From assembly GCA_965113315.1 (NCBI GenBank), contig OZ220373.1: DNA of 64,000 bases; one strand, given 5' to 3'. Both the position numbers and the translations under genes were made by a program. Below the pieces are notes generated by a model. The model was given only the letters and a program-made list of their open reading frames with translations. It ran no database searches and was not told where the DNA came from. Below, piece after piece: positions 39,101 to 50,499 of the stretch; positions within the stretch are counted from its first letter, which is position 1, and every line of letters starts with the position of its first letter. This stretch comes from Podarcis vaucheri. Its lineage: Eukaryota.

Positions 39101-40069
39101 CAAAGTCTCCCAAGATTCGGATCATCCCTTTCGTCATCTCTATTTATAACTGGCTTTTTAAAGTTCCATCGTAGAACACTTGCACGACTGGATTCTAAAA
39201 TGGGTCCTTTTCCGTCCAGAGGGGGGTGAGAATGAAGAGGGGATTTAAACAAACAGTTTTCTTTTCCCAATACAGCTTGCACAAAGCGCCAGAGTAGAAA
39301 GTGAAGTATTGTATGTGTGAGCCACTCTGCAAGTTTTTTTAAAAAAACGGGGGCGGGGGGGGGTTTGGCGAGGTCTAGCCCAGCCCTCTCTGGAAAGGAG
39401 GACGTGCTCTGAAATTCAACCAGTTTCCCCAACGCTTTTGTTGCTCACGAACTGAAGCCCTATTGTTCGTCCATTGCCACGGTCTTTTTCAATCCCTGCT
39501 ATACGTTATGCGTTGCCAGAGATAATGAATTTGCACCAAACCCTCTCCCAGCCCTTTTCTGACAGACGGAACAAATTAGAAATGTCTAGCCTAAACGGGA
39601 GCAATGGCTACATTTCCCTGTGGTGGAAGAGCAGGGAAATATGCATTTCTGCGTGGAATTCTTCTTTTCTTTTCTTTTTCAAAAACTGCCTTTGCATCAA
39701 GAGCTCGCCTTTAAAAACAAAACAAAAAACTTTTCACTTTCACGATTTTTCTTTTTAATGTTTCCTTCCGAAGAACAGAGTTGCTCTCTATGCCTTCCTG
39801 CCTGCCTGCCTGCCTTCCCTTCTCACTCCTTTTTCTTTCTTTCTTCAATTCTTGAGGCAACCGAGCTATTGTGAGTTTAAGCTGTTGCCTTCTTCTCTGC
39901 AAAACACTCATGGCCATCTGAGTTTTTTGTAAACTTGCTCCGTGCTCTTCCGCGGTAGGTCAGGACTCTGTCGAACACTTGGTCTGCCTGGGCTGCCAGT
40001 ACTTCAACATCGGCTTTCTTTTCCTTTTCTTAAACGCTTTTTAGGTAAAAGCCAACGGCACCAGGCTGC

Positions 40070-40720
40070 TCGAGTTGATGTCTTCGGCGCAGAAGGATTT
40101 GAACGGGCACCCGTCCTCCTTACTCACAGAGGCTGGCAAGAGAATGAGCCCCAGTACGGTTCATTTGGAAGAACGCGGGTGCAGGTTGCGCCCTATACAC
40201 GCAAGTTTCAGTGCAATAGGATGCGAGAGCGCGCGCGTGCGTCTGTGTCCTAGGACACGGGTGTAGGACTGCGCAACGGAGAAGGCTAGCCCCTTGTGTG
40301 ATTTCGGGTGCTCAGAGTACATACAGGAATACTGACTTGTGAGTATGGCCAGGGTGTGCTGGGGCGTTGCTAAGGATTCCGCGCCTTGGGAGAGAAGCGC
40401 TTCGGTTGGCGCGTCTCCTTCCCGACGAGGTTTGCATGTGGACACGTTTCCCCAGCAGCAGGGCTGTGTCTGAGAGGCCGTTGGGTGTCGCTTGTAGGTG
40501 TGTCGCGAGATGTCCACAGCTGCGTGTTGGAGACGTGTGTCTGGGATAGAAAGGGGGGAGGCTTGCAGGGGTGGAGCCAGGCGAAGGGAGGGGGCACAGA
40601 TTCAAATGAGCATCTCGTATGGAAATATGGGCTGCCGGGAGGTGGGGGGGGGACGGGGAAGCCGTTAATGAGAAACCCAAGGAGGGAGAGGCGCCGTCTG
40701 AAAGCACAGACCTTTCTGCT
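40070..40720. promoter_or_regulatory. CpG island
   Basis: GC- and CpG-dense segment. Confidence 0.5.
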
Positions 40721-42026
40721 CTGGCAGCAACTTTCCCGCCAAATGTAGCCTAAGGAGAGGCTGTCACTCGTGTTCTCGTCAATGGCTGCCATTGCCTCCT
40801 CTTTACACACCCACCACGGCAGGAGTATTCTGGCTGTTGCTTAGCTGCCTGCCCCAGCCTAATAAAGAGCGGAGAAAGAACACATTATTCGGGGGATAGA
40901 TATAGATATATCTGTATCTTGCACAGGGGCACCTCTCTCTGTAGCAAGCAGGGACAGAATGTTCCATGGGCTACGTATTGCTCTCCTGCACAATACGGAG
41001 CCCAAATAGCTTCTAACTGTCAAGGGTGCCTCGATATTTTAATACAGGTGAATCACTGGATGGAGGATTAAGGGGAAGGCGCTCGTTTGCCTCTTCGGCT
41101 GTCTTATACCTGGACTAGTTTCCAAAAGGCCCTGGCAGAATCGGAAGCGAATGCCATGGTGGACCACGTCGAAAGGATGGTTTGCGGGTTGGATGGTGGA
41201 AAGGGAGCCAGGTGACGCTGACTGAAGAGGGTCTTCATCCCCTCTCTCAAAAAAACCCAAAGCTGGATAGGCTCCAAGTATAGGGCCATCATCGAGAAAA
41301 CTCGACCTAGCGCTTGCGAATCAAATAATATTATTGTTGTGTTTAACAAGAACGAGAAGAGATGACAGGCGAGGGGACGGGGAAAGCAAGATTTCCAGAC
41401 ATCCTTCTCACCTCCACCACGCCGCACACCACTCCTTTAGCTCCTTTTTCTTCCAAAAATAAAAAATAAAAAGTCCAGTGCAGAATTGACTGCATGAATC
41501 CGGGTTATCCTTACATTCAGTCTCTGGCTGCAAACCAGAATACAGTAAAGCCAAAAGAAGACCATGTTCAAGGTTGACTTCGGCATCTGAGCCCGCAGAA
41601 AAACTGTATGATGATCACGTTGAATTGCCAAAGGTTACAAGTTCACAGGTGATCTAGCTACACCCCTGTGCTTTTCCTAGTCGTCCTCGCCTTTCTCTTT
41701 TCCTTCCTTCATACATATAGGGGCCATGAATGCCTCCTCTCTCCCTCTTCTCTTTCACACTCTTTCTTCTTCCTCCTCCTCTTTATGTACATACGTGCCA
41801 TCGGCATTCCCTTCACACTGCAAAACAACACCACTGTACTACGCAACACACGTAAGCTGGCGTGGTGAGTGGCATATACATGGCTGGCTATGGTCCTTCT
41901 CTGAAGCCCCTGATCTTCTGGAGAGGAGAAGCAGTGTATCACCACTTCAGAGAGCTGTGCATTGGGAGGATGAGGAGAGAAAAATAGGTCTACTGGGGAC
42001 ATCTCCCCTACATGCATGCATGTATG

Positions 42027-42053
42027 CACACACACACACACACACACACACAC
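42027..42053. repeat. (CA)n microsatellite
   Basis: Directly visible. Confidence 0.9.
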
Positions 42054-42249
42054 GTTGCATTTGCTTTCTTGTTATCAAGAGAGGGAATATATTGGGAGGC
42101 GGAGGGGTTATGAAAATGTTTATTTTGTTAGAGGGAGATGCTGCCAGGCTCGCACAGTGCTGTACAAGGAGGCAGAGAGAGCTGGCGATATCTGACTAGG
42201 AGTCTTCGCCTGGTCTTTGGCTGTCTCTTTGCATCTTCCGGTCGTCTCC

Positions 42250-43050
42250 ACCGTTTCTGTTTACACAGCAGCAGCAGCTACTGCTCTCTCGCATCTCCCT
42301 CTCCCTCTCTCTCTCTCTCTCTCCCTCCTCCTCCTCCTCCTCCTCTCTCCTCCGTTTCTCTCGCTCTCCTCCCTCCTTCTCCGCTTTCCCTCATCCCAGC
42401 TTCACGTTCAAGGTTTAGCAGCGAGGTCACGTCCATTGACGTCAGCTCGAGTCTTACTGTACGTCCGGCTACATTTACATACATCAAGGAAATTAGGGCA
42501 TTAAAAAAATATGCAAATCCTGCCGCTTGAAGAAGAGACTGTAGATTCCCGGAGCGATCGCCTCCTTTCATTGAAGATTTTAATTAAAGGAACGCAAAAA
42601 AAGAAGAAGATGATGAAGAAGGGCGGTGGTGGGAGAGAGAAAAAGCTGAGCTCACCAAAGCAAGCCTTTCGTCCTAAAACAACAACAGCAGCAGCAGCAA
42701 CAACTGCCCCCCTCTCCAAAAAAAAACACACCAAACCAAACAAGCAAAAGCCCAAATGGCCAAGATCTGCTAAAACATGGGGGGATGAGATTCCTGCCGA
42801 TCGGCTCCTGGCGCCAACCGAGGGAGCCGGCCTGCGCGCAGCGCTGCTGGGAGAAGAAGCCGCAGAAGCCGAGCAGGTTACCCGGAGGCTCCGGCACAGC
42901 CCAGACGTCTCTCTCTCTGCATAATCAACGCTGCGCCATTCTGCTCTCCTCCTCCTCCTCCTGCTGCTGCTCCGGTTGGCTCCAGCGGGTATTATTTTTC
43001 ATACTGATGCATATGTAAAGGTAGATTTGCATTTTTAAAACATTTACTGG
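42250..43050 (-). promoter_or_regulatory. candidate main promoter of the host gene (CpG-rich; CRE, octamer and homeobox motifs)
   Basis: Perfect CRE TGACGTCA 42437-42444, octamers ATGCAAAT 42511-42518 and ATTTGCAT 43025-43032, TAATTA 42581-42586, purine-rich minus-strand leader 42295-42380, dense CpG. CREB regulation of mir-9-2 is established in mammals. Confidence 0.6.
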
Positions 43051-44426
43051 AAGTTACGGTCTTTGGATTGCCTTTCTCTCTCTTTTCTTTTCTTTATATA
43101 AACAAAACATTTTTTAAAAATAATTTTTTTTGTTTGTTTATGATTTGGCAATACCTCTGTTCTGCCGTGTCGCTGCTCTATAGATGCAATTTTGCTCCCT
43201 GCTTCTTCCTTTTCCGTAGGGCTTACAAAATATGTACCGACATTGTTCTTAACGCAATTTTTTTCAAGCGTCAGTAGCCTCTTTAAAAAATAAAAAAGAG
43301 GAGAGTTCGGTTGGTTGGATTTCTATATTAAAAAACATAATATATACTTGCATGTTATGTTGATCGACGATAATGGCAGCAACCGGAGATTCAAAAGTTT
43401 GATTAGTAACCTCATCATGAGCAATATAATAAAATAGAGGGCGGAGCAAAACCGAAGCTTGCATAATAGGGACAGTTTAAAGTGCTGTAGGCTGCCTTGC
43501 ATGAACATTTATTTCTGTTTTGGCTCCGGAACCTTTAATTTTCAAATACGCTCTTTAAAAATGTGCCCAGACCCAGGTGAGGGAGAGCTTTATCTAAGGA
43601 AGACATTTTCAACCATGTTGTATGTTCTATCTTAGCTGCGGTACATTAGTAATGTATTGCATTTCGTTTAAAACTTGCTTGGCTTAAAGCCAAGCACCGC
43701 TTTACTGAGCGACAATGCATTTGATATGCTGTTTCAAATCAGTGTCTATTATGCGAATGCTCTTCTGTTTGCTCGGAAGCCGAGGGGCCTAGATCTACCT
43801 TAAAATATTAGGTTATTTGAGAGACATTTTATTTGGAGTTCGGTGTTTTTTGTTTTTAAATAGTTCGATCCTGTTTACAAATAAAACATTTCCTTCACCC
43901 TCTCCCTGTAATCTATATACGTCTTTAAAATAACGCAGGGTTCACACCCAAAAGAACAATGAACGCACACTTACATCACATACCTATTTAAAGCCAAGTA
44001 AGCCAAAGCACATGCATAGGTAATTAGGCACAGCATGAATGACTTACCTGCACACAGGCATAGGGTGAAAGTTAACTCTCCTCAAAGCCAGCCATGCATA
44101 TGTTTTGAGAAGGGCTCAGGAGAGCAATTTTTCGTTTTTGTGGTATGCAGCATCTATTTTCCCCGAGCTGCTCACTTTAGTTCTTTGAGCAGTCTTATGG
44201 CATGTTCAGCCCTACCTCCATCTCCAGTTTTACGTGCCCTACACTAAAGTGCTCATATGATATGTCACCCAATAAAAAGTGGTCAGATGGCGACACGTAA
44301 AACATTAAAGGGGGGCACCAGACACTCTCCCTCCATTAGGTTAGTTCTTACCTATATATACACATAGAGAGAGAGCGCGCGCAACAATACATTTAGGTGA
44401 GTATGCTCGCCACATGCCATATATAT

Positions 44427-44431
<5 letters not shown>

Positions 44432-44473
<42 letters not shown>
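44432..44473. repeat. (TA)n microsatellite
   Basis: Directly visible. Confidence 0.95.
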
Positions 44474-44476
<3 letters not shown>

Positions 44477-44899
44477 GCTATATATAGAGAGAGTCTATAT
44501 ATATATGGCTCCAGCAACAGCACCGACTGCCAGTCGACTTGGCCATTTACATAGAACATTGGGGACACCTCGCTGATTGAGACAATCCCAACCTCCTCGA
44601 GTGACTAATTAAACCACGTGAACCATCTGAGCTGGCTATAGCTCTAGTCCTGCAGAGATCTAAAGAGGGTCGCCGCACACGAAGGATACATACGTGCGAG
44701 TAAAATATGTGTCCATTCAAGGAGCAGATCTGTTATCGCAGGCATCTGCTTGGGCGTCTACCCCATGCCTACAAGTGCACACACACTCTCTCTCTCTCAC
44801 TCGCACACACACACACCTCGATCTAGGTGTCGTTATCATGCTTAAGTCCCTACCGAGGTCCATGCGATGTCTTGCTTCCTGCTAACCCCAGCTCTCTCC

Positions 44900-45520
44900 C
44901 GTTCCCGCTGGCTCCTGCTACCCTGGGGTCAACGGCTCCGTGGATGCTGTCGCTGCAAGAAAGGTGCAGAGTGGCGTCCGCTGCCTTCGGTGCCCGTGCT
45001 CTGTCCGAGCTTAGCTACTAGCTGCTAGTCGGGAACCCACTCCAACACACAAGCACACACACACACAGGCACAAACGCGCGCGCCCCACACACCTCCGCC
45101 CCCTGCCCTGCTAAAATTACCATATGGAGGCCGAGTCCCTGCGAATCGCAGCACCAGCGGGCGGCGTTTGAATGAGCCTCGCAATCTGCACAAATCCCAA
45201 CTCCTTCGCACGCTGCTCTCGCTGTGAAGGCCACTTCCACGGCCCTCCTGCATCTCGCAGCCCCTCCCCTCTTCTCCTCGTCTCCCTCTTCGCCCCCACC
45301 CACCCCACCCCACCCCACCCTCAGCACCTCAAGTGCCTGGGCCCCAGGGAGATCAAGGGACAGCTGCCTCGTCTTGTGCCACATGCCACGAAAACGCGAA
45401 ACATGACGGCGCGAACAATAAGTAGCGAGTCGTCCACGACCACCATTATATCGTATCGCACATTGCTCTCGTATATGATTGCACCCCAAATACACAGCGA
45501 TGCGATGCCCATGTGTAAAC
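44900..45520. promoter_or_regulatory. CpG island with a G-quadruplex-prone tract
   Basis: CpG-dense. The minus strand reads GGGTGGGGTGGGGTGGGGTGGGTGGGGG at 45293-45320. Confidence 0.5.
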
Positions 45521-47017
45521 GTTAGATAACGTCATAATAACCCCTCGTGCCAAGTCTTATATAGCCAGGGACCACTTTTTTCATAATTTAAGCACTGGGT
45601 CAGGAAAACAGAAAATGCTCCAAATAATATTTTCTTCGTTTCAATTTAGGGGGGATCTCTAAAACCAAAAAGCAAATTCATTGCTTTTATCTTTCTCGAG
45701 GTCCTCCGCCCTTTAAACCTGCAATACGTATTCGCAAGACACGTTCGGTATGATGAGACACGTATAGAAACACTTCACGTATGAAAACGTGCAAATTTTA
45801 GGATTCTTTAGATTTTGCAAAGTGGGAAGGTGTGGTATATAGATCTGGAAGCAGAACTTTAAAAACAGCAACAACAATAACAACAACAACCACAACACAT
45901 TCGTAGCCCACAGCGTTGTTTGCATGCTTTTAAGAACAATTTCCACTGAAATGAGATACATTCCGAATGCAAATGCACTATGCCAATCATCTCCAATTTA
46001 GCTTAACATTTCTCTCACGAATCCTCCCCTCCCCCCTTTTCAATTCATAAATTGAGATCGAGTCTTGTGTAAAAGGCACGGTTAAAACACCTCGTGGGGG
46101 GGGGGATAAGGATTCTTCCTGAAAGATTACAAAATAAATAAAACCCCAGCCCAGCCTCCTGTTTATTAATAATCTCTTGCATGACATCTCAAGGCAGAAA
46201 GCAAGAGGAGATGGGGGTAGAGCTTTTAATAGTCTGGAAATGAATATGGATTTCAGATAATTGAGAACTAGTTTTCCGTAGAGGATGAGGACTGGGGAAA
46301 GGTGTGTGTGGGTGTGTGGGTGTAGACGTGGGCAAAGCTCTTTGTTATAAAAGCATTTAGGTGAGTCAATAACACTGAGAGTATTCAACACGGTTAAGGT
46401 CAGGCTCACATGCGTAAAGTAGCCAATGCGGATTTGATTGCAGCCCAACATTTCCAGAAGAAGCGTCAGCCCACATATTCCCCCAGTAGCAGAGTAGTTT
46501 TATTTTCTGAATCTGTGTAGGGGTTTTTAATATTATGGTTACTTCTCCCTAATTCAGCACGGGGTTTTTTAATTTAAAAATTTCTAAAATCCGATGTGAT
46601 CTGTTATTTCCTTGGTTTCTCATTAGGCCCCTTTCTCTGTCTTACCAATTGGATGGTTGGCTGGAAGAAGGCAGCGATTATATTGTGCAGAGACCAAGTT
46701 AAAATCTGGATGTAGATGGCGCACGGGGTGGGGGGCGGACGGTGATCCCCGACACTGGATTTCTCTCGCTCGGCCCATCCACTGCTTGTGCCCATTTAAG
46801 TAGAGGAAGAGGCCTTCCAGAAAATGCCTCAGCTAAACGGACACAACTTTCGCGCGCCCCGTCCTGGTAGGATGGTCAAGTGCGAGAGGTGAGCCAGTGC
46901 TGTCTGTCACTTTGAGGCTATTTGCAGCCTTAATGGATCCCTGGAGGGAAAGGACCAGGCAGAGCATTCCTTGCCCCTGAATGGCTCTTGGCTACCCTAT
47001 TCTGGCCAGCGGGGGGA

Positions 47018-47036
47018 CAGCGACACCTACTGGCTG
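47018..47036 (-). promoter_or_regulatory. CTCF motif
   Basis: Minus strand CAGCCAGTAGGTGTCGCTG fits the CCASYAGRKGGCRS core with one tolerated change. Confidence 0.5.
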
Positions 47037-50000
47037 CCCACACAAATCCAAAGGGTGGTGGGAAGGATGGAGGGGGCGAGTGTATTTGAATAAAAGAAGC
47101 GTTTAAACAGCTAAGATCGTGCTAGTCTCCCTGATATAACATCTTCAACAAAGAGGGGGGGAAGTGGGGGTGGGGAACCCAGCACTTGTATTTAACACCT
47201 TCGCAACTAGATTTCAGCCACTCTTAAAATTCCAGGAAACACAGCCCTAGCACAATCATCCAAATAGATAGCTTAGATAGAGCGATATAACCACAAATAA
47301 CCACCAACGCTCAGGGAGACTCAATGGACTGTAATCGTGCAATACTGGGTCTTCCAGAACTAGTCTTCTCTGGGGAAGCAAGTAAACGAATCAAAACTCC
47401 AAGCTAGACCACTGAACGCTGACAATCCTCTTCTTTAAACGATAATCATAAAGGATTAGGTTAATCCGAAATTAGAAAGCAATTAGAAATCCTTAACTGG
47501 GCTCTCTTACGAAGGCAGAAAAGGACGCCGTGGATGCGCAGAGCCGGGAGCACTGACTGCCCACAGAGCTCGCCTGCCTCGCTCCTTCCTCGTCGCCAGG
47601 CCCACGATCTGGCCAGGTAGACCCTATGCCGCTGCTATAGATGGCTGGGGAAGGGGGGGGGGAGGGAGGAGCGACTTTCCCCTTTAAAAATATATTTCCC
47701 CTGAGGGCTTTTTGAATGTATGAAGACTTCTTAGCTCGCTGACAGAGGCGGCACTGTTTCACTAGCCCGAGGAAGGTAACATTAAGGGACAGTATCTTCC
47801 CGTTCTCTGCTAGGAGGCAACTTCGAGGCTCCCTCATTGGACCTTTTTGAGCGCCCCACCGCCACCCCGAAAAATAGGGTCGAGCTCGTCTTTGAAAGGG
47901 GAATCCTTAATTTTAGGGACAGAAAGAGCAGCGAAGTAATTGGGTAGACAAAAGGAGGCCTATAATAATACGCAGGACTTGCAGCAGGTAGCTGAGTACC
48001 TATGCTTGGAACAAGAAGCCATTTCGCTCATATCTTTATTTCAGCAGTTAATTAAGTATATCTTATGTCTTGGACACCTATTCATAAATAAATCTTTTTC
48101 ATTTATTCTTTCCTTTTTTACACCTAGGGCCATTAAAAGAAATAAAGAAACAGGGATAGGAGAAAATTAAGTTTTCTTGCAGCCGCACCGAGCTGGGTGG
48201 GTAAAAAATTGTTTGCGGTGTTTCTTGTTGTTTGTTCTTGCATGTCAAAGGCTGGAGTCCTCGGAAGTCTTACTAGGAAGTAAGTACCACTGAAAGCGGT
48301 CCAATGTACTTCCGAGGAAACACGCGCAGCGTTGCGGCGCATGTATTTAAACGTGGATTTCTCCACCCGTTATACGACACTGAATTTCCTAGAATAAGGC
48401 TAGGGCGTCATTTAACCGCAATTCTCCAAGGCAGATGTAGTGCCAATACGTGCTTTTACTCCCTTCTGGACATACCTAAACACACTGACTTGGCCCGCGC
48501 GGGGAAAAGAAATGGAAACGGTTGCAGTTGTTCTCGGCCTGGTCCACAACACAGTCCCAAGCAATTCTATGCACTGGAGCTGATCAAGTCTGGTGTCTGC
48601 CATAGAGCGCAAACTGATTTAAATCCAACAATTTCGGCTTAGCTTGGTTGTGTTTGGACTGACTCAGTCCTTTCCTTCCTCTCCTTTCTAGTAAGTGTAG
48701 AAAACTGCTGTTGCTATGCTTGCTTTTAAAACAAAATAACAATGGCAATGGCAATATCATTCGGGAATTAGCGAATGCAGTTATTGTAATATGCTATACA
48801 CACATTATATTTAAAACCCACTTGCGAATGTTTTAAATAAAATACTGGTCTTTCCCTCACATTTTAGGTATTTTAGCACTACCAGATTGCAACTCTTTTC
48901 TTCATTGCTTGCACGAATCCTTAAACGGAGAGAACGGTTTCCAGACAATTTATACATTTCTTCTCTTGTTTTTAAGATACAGATTGAACAAGGTTAGTCA
49001 GTGGCGCTACGAATCGGCCTGACCTTTTGTCCTAAAATGTCATCTTCAAAATCCACTCCCCCCGCCCCGACCCCAATCTGGTCGTCTTCTGTCCACGCTT
49101 TTTGAGTGCTAATCAATGAAAGGAAACAAGCCGATTAGTCCAGAGCTGACAGTGTGCAGAGCTCTCTCTGCTGGCGCTAGTTCTGGAGATGCGGTGGGCC
49201 TATTGCATAACTCCCTGGGAGTGGCCGGCTCTGCAGCCATTTTCAAAAGGTTCCCCCTCCCCTCCCCAGCCTCATTAAAACATCTTTGCACAGTCCGCCC
49301 CAGAAAAAAAAGTCAATTCCCAGGCTAAATTCTGCCAACAAAATTTGGCACACCAATCTACTTATCAGCTAATCCAGAATACTTGAGGCTGCGCATCCCG
49401 ATCGCAAGCACGCCCATTTGGAAGTAAATTCCCTTAAAGGTCAGCCGGGCCTCTGATTGGTATTACAGCATTATAGTAAATATTAAATTTGTTTGGCCTG
49501 GCATCTGGGAGCACATTTTCTGACAAATTCAGCTGGAAGTGTATCAGCAACTGCCGAATGTGTTCGGAGCTGCACTTAAACGAAAGTAAAGACAGAACTC
49601 CTAAACTGAGGCCTTTGGTTAACGGGCCTGTGGATCGCAGTCTCCCTCAGCCCAGTTAAGACAAAACAATTTGATTTCTCCCCCAATCATCATCCCTTAG
49701 GAGATCCACAGGTCTATCAACAAAGCAGAAAACAGAAAAGAATTAATATTTAGAATTAATATGGAGCAGAGGGATCAGTCCGGCTTAAAGCTAATATCTG
49801 AACTGAGGATAGATTTATAATAATATATTTTATGCAAGAGCTAATGCGGGGTGATTCAATGGAACCCGCTTGGCGGCCAGCTCTCTTTGCTCAAGTTTCC
49901 AAGAGCTGGATGAAGCTGGAGGCCTTTGGTAATGGTTTGTCTGCTTGATCCCAGTGCCAGGCCCCGCTGGTGGGGAAGCCAGGACCCAAACCAGGAGAGA

Positions 50001-50499
50001 ACTGGTCTCCTTTTCCACGGAGCCAATTGCCTTCACACCTGTGAGCCAACAAGTGCCAACCTTTCCAGCATCACAGCAAACGACATTCCCCCCGCAAACA
50101 CGCCCAGAGAAATAGCCTCCTCCTGTTTCTTTCTTTTTAAAATAAAGAAATGAATTGGTCTCGAACACCGCCTGGCCTTTTCGAAGGGCTGTCATGCCAC
50201 CTCAGATCCCCCTGCCTCGGGAGTAAGTGCGTCACTTCCATCCCTGACCCCAGAAATGGCAATAAATGCCCACAGAAATCCCCAAAAGGCCTCAGGAGTT
50301 CAGTTTGGTCGAGTTTTTTGTTTTAACCCTATAGGTAGGTTGCCACCTGATGATCGAACTTCGGGATCTATTCGTATTCGCGTTATCATGAGTATTTATC
50401 CCCTCCCTCTTCTGCAGAAATAGCTTCGTTAACAGCAAAGAAATGGAAAGGAGCTCACATTCGCTCGGGAAGAATCGAATAATAATAGTACAGTGATGG

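Noticed and set aside
42511-42924. 137-aa Lys-rich ORF with an ATG
   Set aside because: The ATG is the octamer motif. Composition follows A-runs and triplet repeats in promoter DNA, and there is no recognisable family.
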